DNA of 64,000 bases. It comes from the human T2T-CHM13v2.0 reference genome, Homo sapiens. The number at the start of each line of letters is the position of its first letter. The first letter of the stretch is position 1. Below the pieces are notes generated by a model. The model worked only from the letters and a program-made list of their open reading frames with translations, was not told the origin of the DNA and did not search any database. The position numbers and the translations under genes are program-made. The DNA lies in assembly GCF_009914755.1 (NCBI RefSeq), contig NC_060937.1; one strand, given 5' to 3'. Of the stretch, positions 25,186 to 41,817 are shown one piece after another.

Positions 25186-27377
25186 TGAATTTAGTTGAAA
25201 AAAAATTACTTGAATTTGTATTTTGCAAAAATAATGCTGCTAGAGTTATCCTATATGAAATGAATTACTCTAAGTAATGTCAGTTTGAAACATGCAATTC
25301 ACTTATCCCATTGCAGAGAGCATTCGAAGATGTGGCTTTTGAGACAGCAGTGTAAAGTAAGGATCTACGCCTTTAAAGTGTGAAAGCTTCGGTAGGGCTT
25401 GGTGAGGTGGGAAATATTGCTTCTTTATTTCTGTCTGCTTCAGTTATGGCAAAGTTCTACTGATTTTATAACATGTATGAAACACTGAAATTTTTTTTAT
25501 TATACTTGGAAAATCTGAATTGGAATTGTTTTACCTTGTAGAATAATAATACCATCTTTATTATAGAGCTTTGTCACTTCACATGGGTGCTACCAAATAA
25601 TGCAAGTAGTCCTGTCTGCTCTGGGACTCAGAGAATTATTTTGTTTTGTTTTCGAACTTGTAGAAACATCTTTTAAGTTAACCTTTTTCAGATTTTTGAA
25701 AACCAATTTACCATTTAGACATACTTGCATCTTCTATCGCTGATGGAATCTGAAAATGTTGATCGGAATACCATAGAGCCATTTTCAGTTTATTCACCTA
25801 CCATATACATTTCCTGCAACAATAAAGAACAAAGATGGAGAGTTCTCAGTGAATGAAAATTGATGATGGAAAATGAAGTAGAGAAATGGTTCAATATAAG
25901 AGAAAAGAAAATAAAGTGTCTCAAAGTGATTTCTAGTCATGATTTAAATGATAGGACTAATATGTTTTAATACATAAAATGAAATATCTACCAAATGCAC
26001 TTAGCAACATTTAATCATTATTATTGCAAAGCATATTAGATGCATAATCCAGTCTTTGTAAACTATTTGGCATATTTCTGACTCTAAATGATATACTTTA
26101 TATACCATGTTATATACATTATTAATGGACATATGTTAGGTCACAATTAATGCTATTCTTACAACTTAATAAGTAAATTCCATTTTCCTAAAATTCTCAT
26201 TCTCATCATCTCACGTTTATTAAAATTTTATTCACAAATAAAATGTCCAAATATATTAAAATTAATGGTTGTACTCTTCAAAAAATTTATTAAATAGTAT
26301 AATTATAATGATTTTATGCATACACAAAACCAACACACATTATAAGTTGGGTCATAAGGTATAATGTAAATAATACTACCTGTGCATTTTATATATTAAA
26401 CCACACAAATTATATGATATTTGATACATTTTAATCATTTGTGAGTTATATGTCTTCATTATAAAAGCCCTAAAGGTAAAAAACAGTTAAAATAATTTGA
26501 GTAGATATTTATTGCACATAGTTTTTAAATTATAATTTGATAGGAGCAGTGAATAGTTAAAGATGAGAAGTTATTGAGGCATATCTATTTTGTTGCTTAG
26601 GCTAGTTTTAGATGTGAATGTTTGACAGCATGAGAGTTTCATCTACAGCTTTTGGAAATTTATGAAAGTGCTAACAAAATGGAAGATATTATCCTTGCTA
26701 TAAGAAACAAAATATACTAAGATAACACATATGGTTGAGTAAGAAAGCCAAATCTACCTGGAAAATCTTAAAATAAAATAAAGTGAAATAAAATAAAATA
26801 AAATAAAACAAACCGACAATCTTCTGTGTTATTGTCGTGAGGTTATTTTTTTCCTGAGATCAAACGGCTCAAGCAGCAAAAAATAAATTTTTTTAAATGC
26901 ACACATAGATAAACTGAGCACACATTCATAGAAGTCTATATCTTTGTGAAATTTAATGTCATGAAAACATTTTCCAGAAAGAAAAAGATGTAACTTAAAA
27001 ATTATTAAACATGATATTAACTTTGGGCTTAGGCTTTTAAACTGCAATGAAGCAATACCTTAAAGTTTAGATAGACAATTTCATTTTGAATTTAGAATCA
27101 TGTATTCGACCAAGTTATTAATTGTTTGTAAAATTTAATATAGATATTTCTGGACAATAATTGTGTTCCCACAGGAATGTCACTTGAACAGATTAAAATG
27201 TGGGAATTAACTATGAAAGTTAGTACATTGAATACAGGAATTAGAGGATCAAACCAGGAAAAGTAGCTCTGATATAACAGCAGTGTTGTGGGAGGAAATG
27301 ATGGACCTAAGATGGAAGAACATAGCAACAGACTCCCAAAAACACTATATTAGAAAATTTTTGAAAAGCCGTGTTTT

Positions 27378-28907
<1,530 letters not shown>

Positions 28908-29249
28908 GAAAAGCCGTGTTTTGTAGTATCAAGAGAAATTAATTTCAAAGAAGATTTTCTCTTCACTGAATATAAAAGTAAAGAAAGTTATGAGTTCACT
29001 TTAAAATCATTTTTTTAAATTGGAAAATAATGCTTGGGAATAAATCAACTACTGCTCACTGCTCAGCGTTAAGAGGCAAAACAGGTATTGTTCACTAATG
29101 ACAAAAATAGTCATTACTTAACAAAGTGCATGCTACATCATCATGTACTCTATATAGATACTTTGCTTGCAAAATTAAGTAATTGTTTTTCTTGTACATA
29201 CAGCATGATAATTTCATTAAGTTATAGATATCAGAAAGGAAGTTTACAC

Positions 29250-30420
29250 CAAACAATCACACATTTTTATTCATATTCATCAAAAACTAGAAGCAACCTT
29301 GAATAGGTGATTAGATTAACAAGCTGAGACACAGCCATACAATTAAGTATTATTCACCAATACCAAAAAAAAAAAACTATTGCTAAAATAATAAGAAGCT
29401 GTAAATGAATTTTAAACTCTTACTGTTAAGTAAAAAAGAAAAAAAAAGCAATCTGTATAAGCTACCTATTTATGATTCCAATTATAGAACATTCTGGAAG
29501 AGGTAAACCTGTAGTAAAGATAAAAAGGTCAGTGGTTACCCTGAGTTTGAGGGTGTTATGGGCTGACTGATATTCCCTACAATTCATATGTTGAAGACTT
29601 AAATCCACAGGACGTCAGAATGTGACTATATTTAAGACAGAGCCTTTAAAGAGTAATTAAGTTATTAGGCAACTAGAGTTATTAAATAATTTAGAGATGG
29701 GCTCTATTCCAATCAGACTGGTGTCCTTATCTGAAGGGGATATTAGGACATAGATAGAGGCATCAGGATGTGTGTGCTCAGAGGGACCACCATGTGAAGA
29801 GGCAGTAAATGAATGACCAACTGCAAGCCAAGAAAAATCCCAAGAGGGAAGCAAAGCTGCTGAAACCATGATTATAAACTTTTTTCCTCCAAAACTGTGA
29901 GAAAGCAAATTTTGGTTGTTGAAGCCACTCAGTCTGTGATATTTTATTATGTCAACTAGCAAACTAATGCAGGGAGCCTGGGAGAACCTTGAATAGTTAA
30001 AGCACAGGAGATAATTTAGAGAGGTGAAACTATCCTGTGTGATGTGGTAATGGTGGATACATGACATTATGCCTTTGTCAAAACTCATGGATTTTATAGC
30101 ACAAAAGTGAAGTTTAATGTATGCAAGTTAAAAAAAAAGTGATTAGGAAATTCCATGATGGAATGAAGATTATTATAAAACAATCCAACTATGGATTATA
30201 AAAACGTATGAATGCTTGGGAGACAAATGTTGCAGACATTGTAAATGATTGATATATGTTAGAATAAATGCAAAAGCATTATAAATAAACAATGTTCTCT
30301 AGTTAATATTGAATTTTTAAAAATTTTCCATGGCCGTATAGGTCAACAATTATAATAACACCATATAAAACACTAAAATTTTTAAAATTAAGTGAATACA
30401 TGGCAGATATTGGGAACGAA
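29250..30420 (+). mobile_element. L1MC/MD-type 3' region, split by MLT1
   Basis: AAAAACTAGAAGCAACC, TATGATTCCAATTATAGAACATTCTGGAA, GGTGGATACATGACATTATGC motifs. Confidence 0.65.
29554..29971 (+). mobile_element. MLT1B/C-like solo LTR (ERVL-MaLR)
   Basis: TGTTATGGGCTGA start, CAGAATGTGACT, AAACTGTGAGA, AGCAAACTAATGCA end. Confidence 0.85.
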
Positions 30421-30439
30421 TCTACTATTTCACTTCAAC

Positions 30440-31020
30440 ATACTTCCATTAGTAACTTACTCATCCAGCAGACAGAAATCAATATGGATATACCTAACCT
30501 GAACAGCACTACTAACTTGATAAATGACATTTATATAATACTTTTTCTAATATCAGGATATATATTCTTTTTCAGCTCACATGAAACTTCAACCAAAAGA
30601 GACACATTCTGGGCCATAAGACACAGTTAGATGAAGTAAAAAGTAGAATTATACAACTCATATTATCAGATAATAATGTTGTTAAACTAGAAAGCAATAA
30701 TAGAAACATAGCTGCAAAATCTTAAAATATTTAACAATTAAACAAAACACTTCTAAATAACACGTCAAAAAATGTCTCAGTAGAAATTGAAAAATATTTT
30801 AAAATAAATGAATATATAATTTATCAAATTTTTTGAATTGCAATAGAAGTTGTGCTTAGAGAAAAATACTTAGGTTTAAAAATGTATATTAAAAATCAAT
30901 AATCTATGCTTACAACTTAGGAAACTGGAGGGAGGAGAGCAATTTAACCCCTAAATGAAGAAAAATAATCAAATAAAATTGAATCAGAAATAAATGTAAA
31001 GTAAAAACAGATCAATAAAT
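30440..31020 (+). mobile_element. Old L1M ORF2 (endonuclease region) fragment; resumes at 38285-38405
   Basis: CATTCTGGGCCATAA, AAACTAGAAAGCAATAA motifs; continuation ATTGATAAACCTGTAG.. after the nested L1. Confidence 0.6.
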
Positions 31021-32677
31021 TAGAGAAGCAGCAAGCAGGCCAGTATGGCAGAAGTTGAGTGAGCCACAGGAGAGTGCCAGAAGAGGTTGATGGTTGATTA
31101 AAGATATCAGAGGCCAGTTCACCTCAGAAGGAAGATCAGAGTTACTGGTGAATATATTAGTTCTGAATGGAAAACTGAAAGAAGAGAGTCAGGGCCTATT
31201 GGAGCATCCATGGGAAGAAACTGGGGTGCAGAAAAGGAAAGCAGCAATAGTCCTGCAGAAATTAACCCCTGAGAAACTCAAATACCACAGAAACGGTAGA
31301 TGGGAGTGCTTCTCTGCTCCTCTCACCTCTCTGACAATCTAATGACTGCCAAACTGTTGGGGAGCCCCTCTGCCCTCATGATTCAGGGCAATGCTATTTG
31401 TGATGATTCAGGAAATTCTCAGGGACAGAGAACTGGGGGACCAGCTCACACAGATTACCCTCACTCCGCTCAGACCCAAACAGATTTGACAGGTGTCATA
31501 CTAATTGTGCAGCCATTATGGGTCATTGCCCTTTCTGGGGATTCTTTGCCCTTGAGTTACCCCTTGAGTTACCACACCACTAGATCCCCTGCAAACACAC
31601 CCCACAACCCACTCTGACTTTGGCAAGCACAGGGCACTGATGGGTCCTCAGAGAGCTATGGGACACCTGGAGATTTAACACTCGGTGTGGGCTACCCCTA
31701 AGGAAGAGAGGGGCACAGTCCACCAAAGCTCCCCTCAGGACAAAGAAAATGTGGGCATGGTGCCAGTCTCTTAAGGTGTCAACACTGGCACCCCAAAAGA
31801 TATAAGAAGAGGGGATTCTCTCCCACCCCCTGCACAGTATTGCAGACACAGCGGTGGTTCTTCCAACTGGGGACCAGTGTGTGTGCACTTTGAGAAAGTG
31901 TATTTTGGGCTTTTTGCAATAGCTCTATCATGACCAAAAAGTTTTTCACACTGCTTGGTCTTACACAAAGGATGGGACCCAACTGCCTCTCACTACACAG
32001 AGTGTCAGTTTCCCAGCAACAGAATGTGGACAAGTCACAGAGTTGCCTGCTCTGGACTGGGGGAAGAAGCCGTGCCCCAAGCCCATTTTGGTGGTAACCA
32101 TCAGAGAAGCATATCCACAGCCTGCAGCTGCACTGCAACTAGGAACCAAAGGACAAAGTATGAACTGAAGGTCATGAGTCCTACATCAGAGGTGTGACAG
32201 CAAAGCTGATCACATTCCTGCAAGCTCAGGATGAGAAGTTGGCACACCCTGTGTTTCCCTAAAATTTCAGTACACCCCAACACAATCTCTTCACAGCCCC
32301 TCCATCAGGATGGGGGTTTCCACTGGATATCAGCCTACCTGAAGGTGAGCCAGCTCTTAGCTCTTGAGCACTGTCTACTGGACTGCAGGATGAACTGCAC
32401 CACCAAATTACAAACCTGCTACCAGAAAGGGGTTAGTGCCAGTCTACAAGATAAGCTTCCTGAGACCTCTGTATTCTCAGCTCTGAGCTCTGCAGGCTAA
32501 TATATCACTAAAACAACATCTGATGAAGCCACCATACCATAGCTATCTACAATGAAGGAAACCATACAGAGGATGACCTCCTGAAAGCACCCAGAAGCAA
32601 AGTCAAACAATCATACACAATATAAACCACAGTCATACCCCCAAGGTAGAAAAGCATTAAAAAATTAAGAAGTCCTA

Positions 32678-32980
<303 letters not shown>

Positions 32981-35880
32981 AAAAATTAAGAAGTCTCATA
33001 GAAATGTTAGCAAATTAAATTGCAATTAAGAAAAAAAAAAGAAGTGACTTCTCCCTCAAATGAGGAATCACCACAAGAACTCCAGCAATACAAAAAGCCA
33101 GAGTGTCTTCACACCTTCAAAGCATTACACTAGCTCTCTAGCAATGGATCTCAATTGAAAAGTCTAAAATGACAAAGAAATAATTCAAACTATGGATTGC
33201 AAGAAAACTCAATGAGATCCAAGGGAAAGTTGAAATCCAACACAAGAAAACCAGATAAATGATTCAGAATAAAAAATACAAGATAGCTATATTAAAAAAG
33301 TAGAACTTCTGGAATTGAAAAATTTACTAACTAAATTCCAAAATATAGTTGGAAGCTTTAATAATAAACTCCACAAAGCAGAAGAAATAATTTTAGAACC
33401 TGAAGACTGGTCTTTTGACTTAATCCCATCAGACAGAAATAAAGAATATTTAAAAACAAACACAACTTTTGAGAAATAAGGGATTACATACTCTGACCAA
33501 ACCTATAATTATTGGCAGTCCTGAGAGAAGAAAAAAAGTAAGAAATTTGGGAACTATAATTGAGAGAATAATTCAGGAAAATTTCCCTAGTCTTGCTAGA
33601 GTGGTCAATATCCAGATATGAGAAATTCCAAAAAGACTTTTGAGATACTATACAGGATGACCATAGTCAGGGCATATAGTCATCAGACTATCCAAAATCA
33701 GTGTAAAAAAATTAACAAATAACAACAACAACAAAAACCTTTAAAGGCAACTGGAGAAAAGAGCCAAATCACCTATAAAGAAAATCACAGCAAATGAACT
33801 GAAGATTTCTCATTAGAAACCTTACAATCCAAAAGAGTTTGGGGGCCTATTTTTAGCCTTATTTAAGAAAAAGTAGTCCAGCAAAGAATTCCACATCCTG
33901 ATAAAATAGGTTTCATAAATGAGGAAGAAACAAAATCTTTCCAAGTCAAGCAAACACTAGGGGAATTTGCCATTACCAGACAAGTCCTATAAGAAATACT
34001 CAAAGGAGTTCTAAACATGGAAACAGTAGAACTATACTTGCTACCATAAAAGCACATGTAAGTACAAAGCTCACAGATCCTATAAAGCAATTACACAATT
34101 GAAACTTCAAAGCAAGCAGCTAATATCACTATGACAGGAATAAAAACACACATTTTGTTGGTCAAAATATTCACCAACATGTCAATATTAACTTTGAACA
34201 TAAATGGCCTAAATTTTCTACATAAAAGACATAGAGTGCCAAATTGGATTACAAGAACAAAACAAACAAACAAACAAAAAAACAAGACCCAAAATTCTCC
34301 TGCCTTAAAGAGAACCATCTCATGTGTAAAGACTCCCATAGGCTCAAAGAAAAGGAATGGAGAAATATCTATCAAATAAAGAGAAAGCCAAAATGAGCAG
34401 GGGTTGCTATTCCTGTATCAGATAAAATAGATATTAAACTAACACCAGTATAAAAATACAAAGAAAGGCCTTACATAATGATAAAGAGTTCAATTTAACA
34501 AGAAAATTTAACTGTCCTAAATATATATGCATCCAATACCACAGCATGCAGATATTTATAAAACAAATACTTCTAGACCCAATAAAAGTACCAAGAGATA
34601 GACAGCCATACAATAATAGTAGGGGACTTCAACACCCCACTGACAGTACCAGACAGATTATTGAGACAGGAAAACAGTAAAGAAACTTTAGATTTAAACT
34701 GGACTCTTGACCAAAGAGCCTAATAGCCATCTATACATCTATACTCCATTCAACAACCATAGAATGTACATTTTTTTCTCATCTGTGCATAGAACATTCT
34801 TTAAAGCTGACCAGGTTTAGTCATAATGCAAGTCTCAATAATTTTTCAAAAAATCAACATTATATCAAGCATCTTCTCAGACCACCATGAATGAAATTAG
34901 AAATCAATATCAAGATAAACTTTTGAAACCACATAAATCGTGGACACTAAACAACTTGGTCCTAAATGACTTTTAGGTAAGCGACAAATTTTACAAATCA
35001 ATTTTTTGAAACAAATGAAAATAGAGGGAAAACATACCAAAATCTTTGGATACAAGAAAAGCAGTGTGAAGAGAAAAGTTTACAGCACTAAATGTCTGCA
35101 TCAAGAAGATAGAAAGACATCACATTTACAACCTAATATCACATTTCAAGGAACTAGAAAAACAAGAACAAACCAAATATAAGCTAGAAGAAGAAAAGAG
35201 GTAGCAAGGATTACAGCAGAACTAAATGTAATTGAGATAATAAAAAACTATACAAAGGATCAATGAAACAAGAAGTTGCTTTCTCGAAGGGACACAGAAT
35301 TGATACAGTGCTAGCCAGATAAACCAAGAAAGAAAGAGAGAAGATTCAAATAAGAAAAACTAGAAATGACAAAGGTGACATTATAACTGTTGCCACAGAA
35401 ATACAAAAGATCTTCGGAGACTACTGTGGTTAGCTCTATGTGCACAAACTAGAAAAAACTAAAAAAAAAAAAGATAAATTCCTGGAAACATACAAACCCC
35501 CAAGACTGAACCAGAAAGAAATGGAAAACCTAAACAGACCAGTAACCAGTTATGAAATTGAATAAGTAAAAAAAAAGAAGAAACAACTACCAATAATAAT
35601 AATAGTAAACCCTTGAGCAGATGGATTCACAGCTGAATTTTACCAGATATGCACAGAAGAGATAGTATAAATCTTACTGAAACTATTCCAAAACAATGGA
35701 GGAAGAAGTATTTCTCCCTAACTGGTTCTATGAAACCAATATTATCCTGATACTATAATCTGGCAAGGCCACAGCAAATAAAGAAAATGATAAGCCAATA
35801 TCCCTGATGGACATAGACCCAAAAATTTTAGACAAAATACTGGCCAGTAACATATCAAAAAGTAAATCTATCATGATCAA

Positions 35881-36474
35881 GTGGGTTTTCTTCCTAAGAT
35901 ACACAGATGGTTCAGCATAAAGAAATCAGTAAATGAGATTCACCACATAAACAGAATTAAAAATGAAAACCATATGATTATCTTAGCAGGTGAAGAAAAG
36001 ACCTTTGATAAAATTCAACATCCTTTCATATTAAAAACTATCAATAAACTAGGTACTGAAGGAACATATCTCAGGATAATAAGAGCCACTCATGACAAAA
36101 TCACAGTTAACATCACACTGAATGGGCAAAAGCTGGAAGCATTCCCATTGAGAACTGGAATAAGACAAGGATATTCTCTCTCACCACTACTATTCAACAT
36201 AGTACTGGAAATCCTATTCAGAACAATCAGGAGAGAGAAAGAAGTAAAAGGTATCCAGATAGGAAAAGAGGAAGTAAAATTATCTCTGCTTGAGGATGAT
36301 ATGAGCCTATACATAGAAAACCCTAAAAATTCCTCCAAAAGATTCCTGGGTTTGATAAATAACCCTTATAAACTTTCAGGATACAAAATCAACAAACAAA
36401 AATCAGTAGCATTACTGTATAATCAAATGATCAAGCTGAGAACCAAATCAAGAATTCAATTCCATGTAAAATAG
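35881..36474 (+). pseudogene. L1 ORF2 reverse-transcriptase remnant (open segment)
   Basis: [35 protein letters not shown] (FADD motif mutated); flanked by stops and frameshifts. Confidence 0.9.
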
Positions 36475-38439
36475 CTACAAAAAAAACCTAGGAATACATT
36501 TAACCAAGAGGGGGAAAGATCTTTACAAGGATAAGTATAAAACACTGATAAAAGAAATCATAGATGACACAAACAAATGAAAAACATTCCATATTAATGG
36601 ATTGTGAGAATCAATATCATTAAAATGACCATGATGCCCAAAGCAATCTACAGATTCCACACAATTCCTATGAAATTACCAATGTCATTTTTTATGAAAT
36701 TAGAAAAAAATGTAAAATTTATATGAAATCAAAAAAGAGCCCAAATAGCCAAAGCAATTCTAAGCAAAAATAATGAAACTAAAAGCATCACACTACCCAA
36801 CTTCAAACCATACTACAAGGTTATAGCAACCAAAAAAGCATGACACTGGTACAAAAATAGACACATAGATCAATGGCACAGAATAGGGAACCCAGGAATA
36901 AAGCCACACACCTATAACCAACTGATTTTCGACAAAGTTGACCAAAACAAACAATGGTAAAAGAATATCCTATTCAATGATTGGTGCTGGGAGAACAGGC
37001 TAGCCATATGCAGAAGAATAAAACTGGACTCCTATCTATCATTATATATAAAAATTAACTCATTATGGATTTAAGACTTAAATGTGAGACCTGAAACTCT
37101 AAAAATCCTAGAAGAAAACCTAAAAAAGAAACAAAAAAACTATTCTGCACATTAGCCTAGACAAAGAATTTATGTCTAAGACCTCAAAAGCAAATACAAT
37201 TAAAACAAGAACAGGAAAATGGGACTTAATTAAACTAAAAAGCTTTAGCACACAAAAGAAACAATCATCAGAGTAAACACACAACCTACAGAATGAGAGA
37301 AAATATTTGCAAACTATGCATCCAACAAATAATGCATATCTGCAATTTATAAGGAACTTCAGTAAACCAACATGCAAAACAAACAATCCCATTAAAAAGT
37401 GGGCAAAGGACATGAACAGACACTTCTCAAAAGAAGACATGCAAGTGGCCGAAAAAACATGGAAAAATCTCAACATCACTAATCATCAGAGAAATGTTAT
37501 TAAAACCACAGTGACATATAATCTCACACCAGCCAGATGACTATTTTTTAAAAGTTAAAAAAACAAACAAACAACAACAACAAAAACAAAAAACAGATGT
37601 TGGTGAGGAGGTGGAGTAAAAGGAATGCCTATACACTGTTGCTGGGAATGTAAATTAGTTTAAGCCCTATGGAAATTAGAATAGATATTTTTCAAAGAAC
37701 TAAAAATTGAACTACCATTTAACCCAGCAATCCCACTACTGGGTATCCAGCCAAAGGAATAGACATTGTTTTATCAAAAAGCCATCTGTACTCATGTGTT
37801 TATCACAGCACTACTCACGTTGCAAGTCATTGAATCAATCTAGGTGTCCATCACCAGTGGATTGGATAAATGTGACATATACAATGGTGTATGAATATAC
37901 ACCATGGAATACACTACGCAGCCTTAGAAGAGAAAGAAATTGTGTCCTTTGAAGCAGCATGGATGCAACTGGAGGCCATTATTCTTAGCAAACTAATGCA
38001 GAAAAAGAAAAGTCAAATACTGTGTGTCCTCACTTATTAGAAGGAGCCAAATGTTGGGTACACATGGACATAAAGATGGAAACAACAGACACTGGTGATG
38101 GCAAAAAGGGGGAGGAAGCGAGGGAGGCAAGCTTTCAAAAAGTACCTTTTGGGTCCTATATTGACTATTTTGGTGATAGGTTCACTTGAAGCCCAAACTC
38201 TAATGTTATGCAATATACCCATGTAACAAACGTACACACGTACCCCCTGAATCCACAACAAAAATTTTAAAAAAATAAAAACAAATTAAAAATTGATAAA
38301 CCTGTAGTGAAGCAAACCATGAGAAAAAATAAAAGAGACAGAAATGACCAAATATCATGAATGAATATGGTGGCATTATTACTGATTCATGTTCATTAAA
38401 ATAATGTGTTAACATTTGTTCGCTCTGTTAGCTAGACAG

Positions 38440-38760
38440 TCTTTAAAGTAATAGCACCACATTAGCAGTGAACAAACCTAGTGCCCAAATTTTGGTTTGT
38501 AATATGATTCTACAATTAAATAAATCAGCACTCTTGGGAAAATGACTAATGCTACAACTGAGGCAGGAAATACGAATAACAAGGCTGAGATTCATGACTT
38601 GATGTTCAATCCGCGCCCCCTGCCATACAAATACAATGATAAAAGTACATCAAAGGAACATAGAAGACAGCTGAAAGAGTTACCGGTGACAAAAGTTTGA
38701 AAATTTTCAGCCAAGAATCTAAGAAATAATGAATCATAACCTATAGTATAAAATAAATAT
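38440..38760 (+). mobile_element. L1MD/MC 3' UTR fragment
   Basis: CACATTAGCAGTGAACAAACCTAGTGCCCAAATTTTGGTTT motif. Confidence 0.55.
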
Positions 38761-38764
38761 TCTG

Positions 38765-39244
38765 TTAATGTGGTGTATCATAGAGATTCATCTATCTAAA
38801 TTTAACCAACCATTCATCCCTGGGATAAACCCTATTTGGTTATGATGTATAATATTTTGATGTTATTGAATTCAGCTTGTTAATATTTTATTTAGGATGT
38901 TCACATCTATGTTCATCAAAGTTATTAGCCTGTGGTTTTCTTTTCTTCTGGTCTCTTTGTCTGGCTTTGGTATCTGGGGATGCTGGCCTTATAAATTTTG
39001 AAGTATCCTCTTCCCTTTATTTTTTGGAAGAGTTTAAGAAAGATTAGTATTAATACTTCTTTGTATGTTTGGTAAAATTGAACCATCAAGCCATCTTCTC
39101 CTGGACGTTTTTTGGGGGAGAATATTTTAATGACTGCATCAATCTATTTCTTACAAGTCTGTTTGTGCTTTATTTTTCTTTTTAATTCTATATAGTTAGG
39201 TTGTATGTTACCAAGGATTTACCAGTTTCCTCTAGGTTATCCAA

Positions 39245-39289
<45 letters not shown>

Positions 39290-40670
39290 TATAATACTTC
39301 TTTAGGATCCTTGTCATTTCTGAAATGTCCATTATAACATTTCCACTGTCATTTAACCTTATATATTTAAGTCTTTTTTTTGTTTAGTCTAGTCAAAGTC
39401 TTGTCAAATTTATTTATTTTTAAAAAACCAACTTGTTCCTTTTCTATAATTTTTCTCTTCTCTACTTATGTCTGCTCTGATTTTTATTTCCTTCTGTGAA
39501 CTTGCAGTTTAATTTGTTCTTCTTTTTCTAGTTCATCTAGGTGTGCTACCAGGTTGTTTACTTAAGTCCATTCTTCTCTTTTATGTAGTCATTTATCACA
39601 ACAAACTTTCCTCTTAGAACTGCTTTTGTTTTATCCAATTGGCTTTGGTATGTTGTGTTTCCATTTTCATTTCCTTCAAGATCTGAAATATTTATCTTTC
39701 TTTCTTCTTTGGCTCATGGGTTATTCAGGAGTGTTTTAATGTTCACATATTTGTAAAATTTTAAGTTTTCCTCCTGATATTGATTTCTAGTTTCAAACCA
39801 TTGTTGTTAAAAAAAACAGTTTATATAATTTCATTCATCTTAAGCTTGTTAACAGTTGATAATAGCAACAGCTGTGATCTATCCTGAAAAATGTGTTGTG
39901 TGTGCCTCAGAAGAATGTGTATTATGTGGCTTTTTGATGGAATGTTCTGTATACATCAGTTAGGTCCATTTGGTCCACCATGTAGTCGAAAGTCCACTTG
40001 ATTTCTTTCTGGATAATCTACCCATTGTTGATTAAGGTTATTGAAGTATCTTATTATTATTGTGTTGCTGTCTATTTTTTCTTTCAAATATGTCAATATT
40101 TGCATTTCATATTTAGGTGCTCTGATGTTAGGTGGGTATTTATTTATAATTGTTACATCTTACTCTTGAATTGACCCTTTTATCATTATATAATGGCCTT
40201 CTTTGTTTCTTGGGATTGTCTTTCACTTGACTATCCTGTCCAATATAGTTTTAGCCATTCCTGCTCTTGTTTAGTTTCCATTTGCATGAAATATCTTTTT
40301 CTTACACTTTCAATCTATGCATTTCTTAAAGATGAAGTAGGCCGTTCATAGGCAGCATATAGTTGGATTTTGTTGTTTTATCTATGCAGCCACAAGGTGC
40401 CTTTTAATTGGGGAATTTAATTTATTTACTTTCAAAGCAAGTTTTGATAGTTAAGGCTTTACTACTATCATTTTGTTAAATTTTCCTTTACTTTTTGTAT
40501 TTGTTCATTTTTTTTCTATCTTCCTGTCTTTTTAATTTGATGCTTTTCTGTAGTGGTATGTTTCTATTCTTTTCTTTTTATCATTTATGAATCTACTAAT
40601 AGGTTTTATGGATACCATTAGGGTTACATAAAACATCTTATATTTTACAAGTCTATTTTAACTTGTAACA
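38765..40670 (-). mobile_element. L1M(A) ORF2 5' half (antisense)
   Basis: CATCCCTGGGATAAACCC, GGTTATCCAATTTG, GAATTGACCCTTTTATCATTATATAATG motifs. Confidence 0.85.
39247..39286. repeat. Perfect (TG)20 microsatellite
   Basis: Seen directly. Confidence 0.95.
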
Positions 40671-40677
40671 AATTAAC

Positions 40678-40805
40678 TCCTTCCTTCCTTCCTTGCTTCC
40701 TTCCTTCCTCTCTTCCTCTTTCTCCTTCCCTCCTTCACTCCTTCCCTCCTTCCCTCCTTCCCTTCCTGCCTTCCTGCCTTCCTGCCTTTTTTCCTGTTGT
40801 TGTTG
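40678..40805. repeat. (CCTT)n-like polypyrimidine tract adjoining Alu tail
   Basis: Seen directly. Confidence 0.85.
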
Positions 40806-41093
40806 TTTTTTGATGGGGTCTCGCTCTGTTGCCCAGGCTGGAGTATACTGGTGTGATCACAGCTTAGTGAAGCCTCAGCCTACTGGGCTCAAGAAATCCT
40901 ACCGTCTCAATCCTCCCTGTGTCTGGGACTACAGGCATGCATCACCAGGCTTGGTTAATTTTCTTTATTTCTTGTAGAGACAAGGGCCTCACTGTGTTGC
41001 CCAGGCTGGTCTCAAGCTCCTGAGCTCATGCGATCCCATTGCCTCAGCCTCTCAAAGTACTGTGGTTACAAACATGAGCTACCACACTTGGCC
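40806..41093 (-). mobile_element. AluJ
   Basis: GGGTCTCGCTCTGTTGCCCAGGCTGGAGT..GATCACAGCT..CTGGGCTCAAG; ends GGCC. Confidence 0.9.
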
Positions 41094-41817
41094 AAATTGA
41101 GCTATCCATATGTTTATTATTTCATCAGCTCCTTGGTATCTGCATATTGTGCTTATTGATATGACAAACAGAAATGACTTGAATGAATAATTTTATAGGT
41201 GCATGAATGGAACAAAATAAAGATGAATTAATAAGTGGCATATCAATTAGTTTATACTCTGCCTTCATTCTGATTGTCTGTTTTATATATTTTAATCATT
41301 AAGTTTAATATCTTTGAGTTGTTAATGTGTGAAAAGCACTATTCTTGAGGTTTAAACTGATTAACCTTTAAAATCACACCAATCATATTTATAAAATATC
41401 TTTTTAATGTAGATTTGAAGACTAGACATTAGGTGATTTATCACTAGTCAAAAATGAAAAATTGGACAAATGAGACATATCTACCATCATATACAAAGAA
41501 TTTGTACTTTTATCCCCCATAATATGTTATTTCATTTCATGATGAACTGTGTTGATAGGTACATTGATAGAAGATTTAACATTTTTCTGTTGTCTGGGGT
41601 TTGTAATATGGCAATATTCTATTATCATTGCAAAAATAAAAATAAAAGCAACCATCAGTTAATATTTCCTTTCCCTTTTGGCTATATTTTACTTATATAT
41701 AATAACAGGAAAACTCATATAGTTTATAGATATATTATTTCACAAATCTAAATTAACTCACATAGTAATAATTTAAATTTATTTTAACATAAAAACCTTT
41801 TTGTGCCAATTAATATT

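Noticed and set aside
25300-25410. Possible small exon (CCCATTGCAG ... GTAAGG)
   Set aside because: Splice-like sites occur by chance; no partner exons or coding signal support it.
31094-32500. Cluster of overlapping ORFs in GC-richer DNA suggesting a gene
   Set aside because: Lies within the 5' UTR of the old L1; higher GC lowers stop-codon frequency.
34131-37950. Potentially active L1 ORF2
   Set aside because: Numerous stops and frameshifts; the RT FADD motif is mutated to LEDD.
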